DNA of 64,000 nt from Catajapyx aquilonaris (lineage: Eukaryota): the NCBI GenBank assembly GCA_000934665.2, contig KZ538115.1, positions 1 through 64,000 on the forward strand. The letters are read 5' to 3'. The stretch's first letter is position 1, and every line of letters starts with the position of its first letter. A program made the translations under genes and the position numbers. Below, piece by piece: positions 13,085-25,852 of the stretch. The notes beneath the pieces were generated by a model. That model had not been told where the DNA came from. It saw nothing but the letters and a program-made list of their open reading frames with translations, and ran no database searches.

Positions 13085-13973
13085 CCTAATTGATTGTTTT
13101 CCAACACCGAATATCATATTTATCCTCCACCATACATCACCCAAGAACACTTTGTCCACACTTGGCGACCTGCCCTGCAGGTGGCATCATGCAGATTCTC
13201 CCGGTCACGCAACACGCAAACCTCCCACAATACCACAACTTTTTGGTACCAGACACATACCCAGTACTTGCCCATTGCATTGGAGAGGACCATGCTGATG
13301 TGGACGAAAAAAAAAAGATTTTTAAAAGGTCTGGGAACGTCGCAGGATGCGGGACAGTACAAATGGGGTCCAAATTAGACCCCCAAAAAATGCACCAATT
13401 ATTCGTGTGCACAATTTGATAAATAGCCACAGCTTCTATTGTCCAGGTATATTGGCACCGTTTCTCCATGGCCATATAACAGAGGGGTTAGCTTTCATAG
13501 TGCGGATATAAATGAGAAGAACGGGGGTGTCCCGAAGCTACTGCTTTTCTTCGGGACGAGTATGATGGATGTCCTTATTAGACGAGCGGACAACAGGAGC
13601 GTCTGTTAACGCATTCTCCTGTCGACGTGTTTACAGAGTGGGTTTGTGCTGGGTAGGGGGTGAGAGGGTTGCCTTGATGGACTGGTGAGCATTAATAGCG
13701 CTTTTAGTCCGACCCTGCCTTGCCTGCTATACTAAAGCCTGGGAATAGGATATGGAAGAGAGAGAGGGGGGGTGGGGGGATGGAATTTACAGCTTTTGGA
13801 GAGAATAATGTTCATTGCAAGCGCAGTTTAGACCTGGCCAAAATTGTGGGGGATGGATTACAGGCTAGAACGTAAACACAGCGGTACAGATGTAAACAGA
13901 TGGTGGTAAATAATAATTATTTTGGTACGTATTGTATAAATATGATATTCGGTGTTGGAAACAATCAATTAGG
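13085..13973. repeat. ~38-bp inverted repeat pair bracketing about 0.8 kb
   Basis: cctaattgattgttttccaacaccgaatatcatatttat (13085-13123) versus ataaatatgatattcggtgttggaaacaatcaattagg (13936-13973), one indel. No target-site duplication is evident. Confidence 0.75.
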
Positions 13974-14137
13974 CAGCGAATTTCTTTTAAAGTCTAGGCA
14001 TTAGCATGCAATTTTCTGACTGTAGGATCTCATGACGCAAACGGATGGTGGCAAATAATTATTACATTTGTGTATGTACTCTTTACATGATTCCAAATGG
14101 GTTTGTGCTCAACTTGACTGGAAATATTCCGCTGTTT

Positions 14138-14339
14138 AGTCGAAAATTAATATTTACAAACACTTGAATGTAAAATTATGTCCAAGTGCAAAGTTTGCAG
14201 ACTTTCATATGGAGTGCAAGTTGGTTACTTGGAGAGCTTAATTTTTAATTACTGCTGGGTTTAGCCATGTTAAAAACAAACAGGATTCACTTTGGAGTGT
14301 AAATAATGTTGCACATTTTCATTGGAATATTTCGACCCG
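14138..14339 (+). mobile_element. MITE-like family G, copy 1
   Basis: Termini gtcgaaaattaa...atatttcgacccg. Internal ggagtgcaa / ttggag.gcttaa.ttttaattactg / ccatgttaaaaa blocks are collinear with 28075-28286. Confidence 0.65.
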
Positions 14340-15856
14340 TGGTATTATTTACTGATTATAAATAAAATATTTGCCAGTACTTGAAATATATGTGCTACCA
14401 TTGCGATTCGAGTGAATTGTTCAAAAGTTTGGCAGAATGTGAAACAGCCCAGAATTTTCCCAGCAATATTCGTTAATAGCCCCGCGTTTATCGCAACCCT
14501 CCTTTTTTGGCACCATGGCATTGATTTCCAAGGTGTGATAAAACTCCATGATCTCTTTGTAGGCGGGCACAAAAACCCAGAGCTCAGGTTTGACGGTTTT
14601 AAAAGCACATTTTATGAACCCGACGGCCTGCTGCAGTTGATCCGGGGGTATTTTTTCAAGCTGAAAAATTCCCTTTTTTTCTCTTCAATTAGATCGAACA
14701 TTTTTTTTTTTTGGAAACCTCGGACGGCGTTTGTCGGTTAACAGCGCGGTTGATTTTAATGAATGATTTGGCTTGATCCTATTGACTGTTGAGCACAGCT
14801 GATTGGTTTAGTGAGTGTATCGGCAAACAAGCCGGGGTTTCAATTTGCTGTTAGGTCGGTCTAGTTTCGTTGGTGTCGCACTACACGAGCAAACAAATTG
14901 TTGCTGTAGCTCTCACCGGGGGTGGAAAAAAATACAATGGGGCCAGAGACAAACATAATCGTGGTTAAGCATTTTTTAGTGCGGCTTCGATGCTGGTGTA
15001 CGTAATCGAGCTATTGGGGTTCGGAGGCCATTAACGGTGGTCTTGTCTTTATGATAAACAGTGTAATCATTTTTTTGGGTGCAGGGGCCCCGGGTGTTTA
15101 TTTGTTTAAAGCTATCTGCAAGTGCGACGCCCCCTGATTTTGTGTAATTTGTAAACAAAAGGAGACAAACGCGTTTTGATGCATGCGGCGGAAAGCGAAA
15201 TTACTCCGCATCAAAGTTTATCAGCCTGCAAACTAAAGAGGACAACGGAAGATAGAGTTAAGCCTGGCTATTAATTTCTGGCGATAAATGCTTCCGGTAG
15301 CACGCAAAGGTATGATTAACACGCAATTGCCAGTTTTGCCGTTGGGTTATTTTTTGAACTTCAATTAAGACGGCGCCATATATTTTTGGGCGGCAGGCCA
15401 CTAGTTGAATGCCGTCTGTATATAACACACGAACTTTGCAACAATTGAACACTGAATCTACGGAGCCTTTGAGCTTGTCCGCAACATTATTCGTGATATA
15501 TAACATTACAAATTGTCTGGCTCGACATGTCCTTTTGTCGCCATTAAGCCATGAAAATCCTCCCCCAGCCCCCATTCAATCAATCAATCAATCAATACGT
15601 CAATTATACGCATCGAGGGAGTGCGTTACACTATACCCCATCCACCTGCAAAGCTTAGTTCACAATGACCCTCCCATCACTCACCTACCAAACTCAACAA
15701 TCGCGCCTTTTCCTGCCAAATGATTGATTCACGTTTCTTTTCCTTTTCAACCAAAAATTCTGGTCCATTCTACCCTCGACCAGTATTGTACTGTTGGTGA
15801 AATATCACGATTTTGTCACGAACTACTTTATAACATACGATAGTATCCTCGTGTAC

Positions 15857-16210
15857 TACTCGTATAGTAGGCCTACTCGTGTAGTAGGCCTACTCGTATA
15901 GCAGGTCTACTTGTATAGTACTCGTGTAGGTCTACTTGTATAGTACTCGTGTAGGTCTACTCGTATAGTAGGCTTACTCGTGTAGTAGGCCTACTCGTAT
16001 AGTAGGTCTACTCGTATAGTAGGCTTACTCGTGTAGGTCTACTCGTATAGTACTCGTGTAGGTCTACTCGTATAGTACTCGTGTAGGTCTACTCGTATAG
16101 TACGCGTGTAGGTCTACTCGTATAGTAGGCTTACTCGTATAGTAGGCTTACTCGTGTAGTAGGCCTACTCGTATAGTAGGCTTACTCGTGTAGATGATCT
16201 ACTAGTGTAC
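15857..16210. repeat. Compound minisatellite built on TACTCGTRTAG
   Basis: Interleaved 17-mer (TACTCGTRTAGTAGGYY), 14-mer (TACTCGTGTAGGTC) and 11-mer (TACTCGTATAG) units, with 11+14 forming a 25-bp higher-order unit. Confidence 0.92.
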
Positions 16211-17504
16211 TCATATGCTCGCACACTGCTCCAGTAGATATTATAATATACAGTATAGAGAAGTGACTTGGGTCTGTGTCTCTGTCCGCAGTGAGTAATA
16301 TCAGTAGTGTGCCATCTATGTGAGACACATGGTAGTGCAATTTGGTCCACGCCATCCTTGCTGGCCACACTTATCTGTGGAGAACACCTCGGTTTTTGAT
16401 CCTTCCTTTCCGCGTCAACAATACCTGGCGCTGACCCTTCCTGTCCCTGCAAAGCCCGTCTTTGTGAACGTGTCGCCTGAAAAGCTGGAGGAAATAATCC
16501 GGAAGTGACGAGCAAACAGCAGTGTGGGAAGGACACCCCTCCTCCTCCAACCCCCTCCACTAACATACCCTCCCTCTCCCTCCATTGCCGACGACAGGGA
16601 TTCCGGACATGCTGCTAGGCTGGATTAGGAGGAATTCTGTAAAGAGGATTACCTCTTAGCCCCTAATCCCTTTCAGTGGCCGCGGAGAATTAGGCAAGTG
16701 GATGGGAATCGCGCTGCCCGCAGCTTTTCTATTATTGTGGGCCTCCCCCACCGGACGCTGCTTGCTTGGTTGGTTGCATCGTCCCTTCTCTTTACAAGCA
16801 AGTGCGTATCTTGCACCCTCCAGGCTATCTAAGAGAAACATATTGCCAAGAGTGTTGTGTGTGTGTGTGCTGAAAAGCTGACCTCTGAAAAGGAGCTTTT
16901 GAGCACCTCCCCTTAGACCAACCTTATTTTTTTTTTGTCCGGGGAAGCTGTGGGGGGGCGACGGCAATGTCCGGACACTTTTGAGGTGGGTGTGGGAACC
17001 CGGATACTGGTCCGCACCATAAGGGGGGGGGGGTGATTTATGATACGGGATCAAAAGGTTTCCTTGTAGGAAGTGGCTGGATGCTTATAATGGGCCGAGT
17101 GGACCAAGGAGTCTTCATGAACTTAAATTTCATCCAGATTATTGTTGGCACGCTGTAATCGAGTTATAGATGATTTGTTTACGAGCGCAACCGAGTGCGC
17201 ACTCACAGTCGCGCAGCTTCATTGTTCTGGCAAAATGTTGTCCCCAGGGGCCAATTATTAATTCACCTCCATATATAGCCTCTGAGGTTCGTCTCAGAGT
17301 CTTGGCAATGTCGCAAACTTTGGCCATTTTATTCCCCATACCCCAAGAGTAGCGTTGGAAATAAATGCACTCTCCAGAGCTTTGATAATGCCAACTGTAC
17401 ACCCTGCGCATTCTGTGGTGCGCACTCGGTTCCGTTCGTTAAAAAAAATCGTCATAGTTGCTTGGAAACAAAATTACACAAATTTCACAGCAGATCCTCT
17501 CTTT

Positions 17505-17510
17505 TTTATT
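17505..17510 (-). terminator. Candidate polyadenylation signal (AATAAA) for the sarcoglycan mRNA, giving a 3'UTR of about 0.8 kb
   Basis: First minus-strand AATAAA I found after the stop codon. It is followed about 20-40 nt downstream by GU/U-rich sequence (tgtgaaatttgtgtaattttgttt). Confidence 0.5.
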
Positions 17511-18307
17511 GGTACACTTTCTGCAAGGAATTTGAACATTGCGGAATAGCTCTCTTTTCCTCCCATAATAGCCTACCTCTTGACTGCTACTATAAGGAAC
17601 CAACGTAACGGCGCGGTTTTCTCCGGGCCATTACATCCACCTGCGTTGGTAATTCCTCTGCCTCTAAGGACCTGATCGATTTGCCTGTAATTACAAAGTT
17701 GTTGCAGTTAGAGCCAAAGCCAGCCCTTCTTCCAACTCTTGGTCAGAAAAAAAAACAAAAAAACAAAGAATACGGAAGTACGTTAGTCGCTAGAGACACC
17801 AACAAGGATCGTCTTATTGCTTCTTCTTCTTCTTCTTTTTTACTTTATAGAATGGCACACACTAGAAACATTGCACCTTCTGTAGAGTACCCCTGACTAA
17901 ACAGGTTGGAAGTGGAACAGTCCCTCGCGATAGAAACGTTAGGACCAAAAAGTAGAGAAAATTATTTTTTTCCCCTCGTGGTTTGGGCGTCGATGCTTTT
18001 CTTTCTATTGAAAAGTATACGTTGCACCGACAGCTTGGAGGAAATTGAGGGTAAGTGGTTGGTGGGATGTTCACTTTTGGTATAAAACAGCGCCTTTGAT
18101 ATGTTTTGTCTTGCGTATTTTTCTCTCTCTTCATTTTTGTTTTCCCCGGACGTTTTGTGAAACGTGGAATCCCGCACTTTGTTCACTTAAGGCCCCGGGA
18201 TGTTGCATCCATCAGAAAAAAGACACAGGTTCCTCATCCCACAACAAAACAATATATTTTAAAAAAAACAGCACTGTCCGCTGTCCCCCCCGGGGGTCAA
18301 AACCAGG

Positions 18308-18487
18308 TCATCGGCATATGGAGGAGTCAGCTTCGCAGACTTTATGCGGTTGTGCCAGGAAAAGTTTGCCATTGGAACACACACACAGCTGGAACACGTT
18401 GCGGTGAACCATCGAAGAATCGGGGTGCCTCGACACCTCTGCCGTCTTTAGGCTAGGTAGGAATATGTTCTGCGAGTCCAGAAGAAT
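18308..18487 (-). CDS. Scgdelta: Sarcoglycan terminal coding exon 6 (cysteine-rich C-terminus; not in ORF track)
   Basis: tctaatttcag|ATT CTT CTG GAC... gives ILLDSQNIFLPSLKTAEVSRHPDSSMVHRNVFQLCVCSNGKLFLAQPHKVCEADSSICR*. It has the conserved VF.LCVC.NG.LFL...C......C cysteine cluster. TGA at 18310-18308. Confidence 0.96.
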   Translation of the reverse strand: MLLDSQNIFLPSLKTAEVSRHPDSSMVHRNVFQLCVCSNGKLFLAQPHKVCEADSSICR

Positions 18488-18577
18488 CTGAAATTAGACA
18501 TGAAAGTGGATGTCAAACACATTTTGCTATAGTTGCAACTATAACGGTCACATTGCAAGGAATTGTTCTCCTAATAG

Positions 18578-18767
18578 GCTTATTCTCCGTCTGATATTTT
18601 TTCGTCCTGATAGTATCGCACGTCCTGAAGGTGGCAGGAGTGTACAGAGGGAGTGTGCGCCATCTATACGCGAAGAACAGTACTAGGTGGTAAATCGGCG
18701 GGCTATCTCATTAAATCGTTTGATTGTCACTGTAGGTTTTGCCCAATTTTGGCAACGGGTTCACTAG
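18578..18767 (+). mobile_element. Helitron-like family B, copy 1 (sarcoglycan intron 5)
   Basis: Collinear with 19911-20084 and 44962-45135 (cttattctc...ctgatagt.tcgca.g.cctg...gagtgtgcgccatctat.cg.gaagaa.agtactaggtgg.aaatcgg). Ends ggcaacgggttcaCTAG|t, a Helitron-type 3' end. Confidence 0.7.
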
Positions 18768-19910
18768 TATTCCTATAGTTGCAGAGCAACATGTGCGTGC
18801 CAGAGATTGAGCGAAGTGTCTTCCGTGTGCGTGCGTAGCTTACCGGACAGCAAATTTTCTGACACCGAACATGATTGCAGTGTATGCAGGCCTCCTATTT
18901 CATACCACAAACAACCAGCAGTTAACACACCAGTGTCTCCAGTGAATTATTAAGCCGGATTAAGAAAAGCTCACAAAAGTACAGCAGTTGAATTGACTAT
19001 TAAGGAAGAGAAGGGAAAATATATTATGGTGCCTCTGAGGGATCTAAAAACTCGTAGCCAATTTTAAGATAGATGAACGAATTAGAGGAGGTCCCGACCT
19101 ATCGACGTTATTTTAAGATAAGTCTGTGCAGGTCGGAGTCTCGTGAATGTCATAGCCCGGTGATGGACATTTTTTGAACAAACATTGCTGAAAAATCGTC
19201 GTCGGTTTGGTTGGCAGGCGACTCGTGTCCTGAATCGAGGCTGGTTCATGAATACAGAAAGCCTTTCCAACGGTTGCTTTTGCTTTTGCTTCCTCATGCT
19301 GTGCGGAGTATTATTAAACGGACGGCAAAACTGGGGGCTTATTGTCCGGTTAATTTCACGTTTGCAAAAGGACGCCGCAATTAGTTGATTGTGAATTAAG
19401 AGGCGGGCTGTTAATGCGTGTGCGGGGCATATAGAAAACAACAACAAAAAGTACTGCGGGGCTACCAAAAAAAAAGAGGTGCTGAATAACTCTGCTCATA
19501 GGCATGTTTCGGCCCTTTTCGAGGGTTATTTGCATGCAGATTGGCAATAATTCCGGTAGCTTTTCCGTTCATAATTGGATTCCCAGTGCATTCCAACTCC
19601 GGGAACCTAAATTGGACAAAATATGTGTCTGTATTCTCCGCCATATTTGAAACGATTAAATGCAAATCCGGAGACTCCGGTGCTTGCTGCGGCGAGGAAG
19701 CCTTTTTGCTTTATGTGGATGAAGGGGGGGGGGGGAGCTCGGAGTCTAATGACTATTTTGTAAAGCGTTACACCCCCAAGAATTCAAAAGCGCTACAACT
19801 GTGCATGAGGCTGAGGATTGTAGCGTTGTTTCTCCCCACTAATTAATTGTTAGCGCGCAAAAAATTTGCACTTTCAACCTTTGACCCTTACTATTCTTTC
19901 TGTTAATAAC

Positions 19911-20084
19911 CTTATTCTCTCCATTTGAGGTTTGTCCGATCTGATAGTATCGCACGACCTGCAGGAGTGTGTAGAGGGAGTGTGCGCCATCTATGCGTGA
20001 AGAATAGTACTAGGTGGCAAATCGGCTAATTAAAGTCTCGTAGTCTACTGTACTAATTACAGGTTTTGGCAACGGGTTCACCAG
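19911..20084 (+). mobile_element. Helitron-like family B, copy 2 (intron 5)
   Basis: Same blocks as copy 1. Ends ttttggcaacgggttcaccag. Confidence 0.7.
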
Positions 20085-23000
20085 CACCGTAATATTGTTG
20101 TGCAAGGAAGCCATTTATGCGGACATTTGTGACTAATTACAATATATTCTGTTGCTTGTTCAACATTGATGTGACATGAAAATGCAACGTTTTTGGGCAG
20201 GCTGTATCAGTCCCCAGGCCAGATTTTCCACCACCTCCAACAAGCATTCCCCACCCCACCAAAAAATATGCTCTCCATTTTCCAGAGGCTCTCACGCTAA
20301 TGTTGTGGGTGCGAGGTCCCGAGGTCATAAATCCCACCTTGGTCCCCCAGAATTGTGTTAGGACCAAGTCCCATATGGGAATATGGGTTTCCAGAGGCAG
20401 AGACATTGTCCAGCCCCCCCACCAGCAGAGAGTGGGTGGGGTGGGATGCAGGCAGGGAGAGCATGTCCTTGCAAATGGAAACAGACTTGTGACTCCGGAG
20501 TCGCCTGTGGAATCCGGAATGAGGAGGACAGTCCGAATTGGATATGCTGTTCTTTCCATCCTCCACACCACCCACCCCCACCCTCCCCTGATTGTTGCTT
20601 TTTGGGTGAACACCAGAACCCGGACACGGAAACCCGGGGACACATGCTCGGGGTTTCAAATGTCGCTCCCGGAAATGGATGGTTCTCTTTTCCTTATATG
20701 GGAGGGAGGGGGGAAAAAACCATCTCTTTTTCTGAGAGAGGAATGATGCTGCCGCCAAATGGTCATGTTCTGAATCTGGAATTTTGGCAACAATGCTGTA
20801 ATTATAATGGATCGATTTTATGCCGTTTTCTGCGTTAAGAAAAATTATCTCGTCTTTATTTTCCTTTCCGGTCATGAAAAGGGGGTGGCATCACCTATTC
20901 ATAGACTCAGTGGTTTATCCAGTAACTGGGTGAGAGAGTTTCGCCAACTACTGCGGGGCGTTTGAATAGTCAAGTTTCCTAAGACTACTAGGCCAGTGCA
21001 GTGGGAAAGTTAGTACAGAAGCTGTCTGAATGTAGAGCAGAAATGAAAATTAATTACGGAGGTTAACCCCCGTTGAATTTCATTGCACTAGTTTTTATTA
21101 ATCAGTATACACTATAGCAGGAGTAAACCACGATGCACACTTACACAAGCCTTTACTAGTTGGCATTGTTGACCATTCTGTTGAATCAGTATAACATGAC
21201 CGAAACGATTGTCAGAAAAAGCACCGTGTTTTTTTTTTGTTACAAAGTCCACACTGTTAATGCTAATGTTTCATGAATGGCAATGTCGTTGAAAACGGGC
21301 AAAGTAAACGTTTTCCAAGGTACCGTAGGTTTTATTGCTTCCATTACTGTTATATCACCTATTTTGCACGTGATGCAAGCTCAATTAACTGCTGGGGGTG
21401 GGTGGTTGGAAGCCAGAAATTGCTGAAACGCTGGCGAATAGATTTAATTTTCTGGTTGCAGGTAGGAGGCATTACAGGGCTCGTGCGGTGGCCGAGTTAA
21501 ATATTTGAATAAAGGCTTGTGGGGGATTTGTTCCGGGTGAGTATGTCCATGGTAATGCAGCTCGGGTATAACGGTTGCAATGAGGGAGAGGGGGGGTGGC
21601 GAAGTGTATTATCCGAGATTTTCACAGGGGAAGCCCCCCTTTTTTGTGTGTGTAAGGAATGCATTCTTTGTGGGGGGGAAAAAGAGGCCAAGTTCATAAC
21701 AGTTTCAAGCTACAAAGCGGACTGGAATTTCATGCAAATAATAACCATGCTGCTTATGGATAGCATATTTTGCAGTGACAAGTTGAATTCAATGATGCTC
21801 TTTGCTCCTATTTTGCTTGTTGATTAAAAGTGTCCTGCACACACTTTGAACCCCCCCAACATTGTTTCCTTCAGCTCCACGGGGGGTGGTTTTCCCCCCC
21901 CAAGTCTGTTATGTCACTTTGCTTTTGCTTGTACGTGTCACAGAAGCCCACACACAAAACACTTAATTTTTCTGGCAACGAAAATGAGAACTCTTTTGTA
22001 GGGAAGAGAAATTAATTTCAAATCCAGTCCGGGGTCTCGAGAGAAATGAACATGTGAGCCCCTGGAGAGAGAAAGAGGCAAAAACACGCGAGAAAGTGGA
22101 ATGTCAAGAGAAATCTAGAGAGAGAAAAAAAGGAGAGAGAGAAAGCCCCCCTCTGTTGGAGTTTACATAAAGAGCCCTGAGGAGGCGTGGCATTTGGAGC
22201 TACACCTTGACACCTGTTTGGGAAAATTAATGCTTCTAGGACATGATACAAAGTAGTGTGTAGGACTGCGCAATTTTTAAAGCAGGCCTTCGTTGGAGCG
22301 TTTTAGTGTGGAGCACCTTGGAAGTAGAGTGGTGCATAACTTTTCTTACCATTTTTTTTAAGGGAGGGGGGAGACGAGCCACTCAGATTTTTAAAAGGCC
22401 ACAAGTCATTCCGGATTTTTAAAGACACTCTTTTCTGCGCTGTTAAGTGTCTTTTAAAAATACTCGTATATTTGGGATATGTGTTGCATAAAAATGTATA
22501 TGGTCAGAAGCATGATAAATGTAGTGACAAACGCTGTACTTATAGATGAATAATGGATGATGATTTCGCAACATTGTCGTCTGGGTACAGTACGGACTCT
22601 GTAAGTTCGCCGAGCGTAAAACTTGTTAACATAATTGACCATGGCTAGTACCACACGCAAAATGCTACTCCCAGAGCGACATGCGTTATGCGTGATTACG
22701 GATACCCGCATTTTGAAAAAAAAAATAATGCAGCTCTGCAACACAGTGTGGAACACTTGAAATTTAAATTTAATTTGAATCCAATTTGAATCCTGGGCGA
22801 CGATCGAAGCTGCACCTGTCATAGCCCGAATTATTAAGCATTTTTACAGTACGAATAATGTTTTATGAATATCACACATTACGTTTGCGATATCTACAGG
22901 AAATCTGAAGATCCTGGAAATATTAATTTACACAATATAATTTTGAATGCCGCAGCCTGATTATATATCCAGCATATGCCTGATGGTATTGCATATATAG

Positions 23001-24858
23001 AGCAAATGAGCTGCGTTTTTGTTGCACAAAACCAAACATTTGTGGCATATGCTCAAAGCCACGCCTCTAGAAGTTCTCTCTCCACATACGCTGCTGTTGC
23101 TTCTGCCTACAAAAGAAAAAATCTGGGGAAACTCCGCAAAAATCCTCCCGGTTCGTAGCCCTGGAGGGTCCTCCACTGTGCAACACTCCGCTTCAATTTG
23201 CACTGCAATTGATACAGCTCATAAACTCTAATAATGGACCCAGTGCCTACTTTGTCTGCAGTGACGCGCCCTTGTATTCTTCACACCCTGAATGGAAAAG
23301 GGGGGCGCACGTTTTGTGCAACTACACAGGGGCTAGCGTGTATAGCCCCAGGATAATAAATTGTTACCGTTTGCCGAGCACCCCATACTTTGTTTGCATT
23401 TTTTGGCAAAAAAAAATCTCAATGAGAACTGTGTTTTTGGAGGAGGAGGACGTTATGAAAAAAAAGTGCATTGATGTCATCACCCTCGGCTATTGTATAC
23501 CTGGAGTGCCTCTCATTTATACACATGTTGCATGTGTCAGCTAATTGTTCCTGCTTTTCTTTATGCAAGCTTTGAGCTCGAATATTACATGTTACAGCTG
23601 AAGAGCGATGCTGATATGTCTGACCTTTGCCACACGTGTTTCTGACTGATTGTCCTCCAGGGCATGTGGTTAGGTTTGAATCTGCTTAAAAATGCGGGGG
23701 AGGCCTATAATACGAGCGGTTTTCGGGCATATCTGATCACGATCCAAGCGAAGAAAGGAATGGTAATGGCGAAGGGAGGTTAGGGTCGAAGTTCATGGAT
23801 TGCAGCTGTCAGGCAGCTTAGCACGCTGCATTGCTTGAATGGCATGAGATCGGAGCTGTGGTATAGATGAGAACTCACGTCCCGTAGGCTACGGGCAGAT
23901 ATCATTCAACGCTTGTAGCTTATGCCATACCCCCCAACCATACACTCTCTGGACCATCACATTTCTACCTCTCCCAAAAAAAAAGGTGGAAAAAAAACTG
24001 ATTTTTTGGAAGAGCTCACAACACTCGTGGTGCTGGCGCCCCGGGAATTCGTCTTGCCCTCATATTACATGACTCACTGAATGACAGGGGTTGGATAAGG
24101 GATCTTTTTCATAACCGCGATCTTGAGAGAGGATTGGGCGTGTTTCTGTCATGTCGATAGCAGTTTGCTGAACCTTACCGAAAGAAAAAATGTATATAGG
24201 AGGGAGTAGCGTAAATCTTGAAGGGTTATACTATAAGAGGAGCCATCCTCGAAGAAGGAGAAGCACGTCATTCACACTGGAGGGGGAAATGTGGCAAGGG
24301 TTTGAGAGTTCAGCACGCGAAATTTTGCTTAAATCGCGTCAAGACGTATAATTGCTGGGTGATTGGCATGGTATCGAACGGCCGAGTTGGAATACTTTCT
24401 ACATTATTATTAGTGAAGTTGACTTGAATGTGTATTGCATAAATAAAGTACACACTGAACGGAAAGCTGCTCAAAATAACTTTCAAGCAAAAACATTGGG
24501 AGTATCAAACTCTCTACACAGTAATGAAGATGCATCTGATAATAATTGAAAATATATCCTGGAGCGCTTGGTGTTATTTCATCGAGTTGAGTATTACGTG
24601 AGGGCCTTGGGGGAGCTAAGCCATGAATTTTGTCCCAAAATATTCTGAGCCCTTTCCTGTATATTTACCTGCAATGTTGTGGGGGCGATGAACGACCACA
24701 AAACCAGCCCTAGGGTGTACGCATTATTTTGAACAGACAGTATTACATTCTTCTTGTTAATCTGATTCATATTGCGCAGTTCATAATTTCTCGTCTACTC
24801 CTGACCACTTTTAAGCATTGTCCTGACCATTGTACGCAAGAATAATTTTCGAACTTAC

Positions 24859-24982
24859 CGATCCAGCCATAGACTGCATCTTCAGGTCATTGAGACATAT
24901 GGCGCTTATATCTCCCGCTTTAGATTCGATGTCTATCCCCAGTGGCGCTGTCACTTTCAGAGACCGCGTCGGGGATTCTAAC
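24859..24982 (-). CDS. Scgdelta: Sarcoglycan coding exon 5 (124 nt)
   Basis: tttcag|G TTA GAA TCC... gives (R)LESPTRSLKVTAPLGIDIESKAGDISAICLNDLKMQSMAGS. LESPTRSL is the hallmark family motif. Donor TCG|gtaagt, phase 0. Confidence 0.97.
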
Positions 24983-25110
24983 CTGAAAGAAAAAATAATA
25001 AAAATTTCAGAAACACTTCTCAGTCTGAGTTGACAAGTAATATCACGCAAAGTACAAATCCTGAAGCAGGCTAACTATAATAGGTGTATCTTGTGTTTCT
25101 CTCTTCTCAC

Positions 25111-25183
25111 CTGAGCTCGTTGCCATAGTCTGCCTTGACGAGCGGTGTCTGGATGGAGCCGTCAAATACGGCCCCTCCCTGGC
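25111..25183 (-). CDS. Scgdelta: Sarcoglycan coding exon 4 (73 nt; frame not shown in ORF track)
   Basis: tttcag|GC CAG GGA... gives (G)QGGAVFDGSIQTPLVKADYGNEL(R), matching the family G.VF..SI.TP.V.AD...ELR motif. Donor AG|gtgaga, phase 2. Confidence 0.95.
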
Positions 25184-25852
25184 CTGAAATGAAGGCCCCA
25201 GATTAGCCTGACAGAAAGGAGAGGGCGGGGGATAAGGCGCCTGGAAAACAATTTGCTGGGACGAGGAGAAGCAGAAGCATGGAGACGGCCACAGTCCCTC
25301 AACACACGCCTCTGGACGTTTTATCATGAGATAGTTGGGGGAAAAAAAGGTAGAGACAAAAAATATTCTTGAAGAAAAACTGAAATGCATTGTTTGTTTT
25401 AGTCATCTAGCTGATACGAGCTTGAAAGTTTGTTTTTTTGTAATAACTTGTTGGGATCTTAAGTTTAAACCTGATTAGATCAAAGTTGAGGCAAACTTTT
25501 AAAAGCTGAGTGATGGGCAAATTTTTTTGGTAGGAACTGCGTAATTTGATCAAGTGGACCTGCCTGCCATATTCCCCTTGGCTCCATTCCATCATGCCAG
25601 TGACAACTAGTCGCTAAAAGTAACATCATGCTAATGCTGGCGTGATAAATTGTACTCCATATTCCGATCTCTCATTTTTTCCCCCAAGTTCTCCCTCCCC
25701 ACACCCCCCGAAACACCTCTCATGGAACCTATTGTACTGTGGGCCACATATTACGGGGGGTATTGCGCTGATCAATCACTAGTCGCGAATGTCAGCTTGT
25801 CTCTGCATGGCAATCAGGCAGAATAAATCTTTCTAGGGGGGGCGTTGATTAC

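Noticed and set aside
15857..16210. Possible CRISPR-like array
   Set aside because: Units are contiguous with no unique spacers, there are no cas genes, and the context is eukaryotic.
20137..20875. Cluster of the longest overlapping ORFs (148-192 aa) in intron 5 as a nested gene
   Set aside because: Open in several frames on both strands because of local GC richness, with no homology or coherent splice structure.
22961..23203. Cys-containing minus-strand ORF as candidate last sarcoglycan exon
   Set aside because: It lacks the LCVC.NG.LFL motif. The true terminal exon is 18308-18487.
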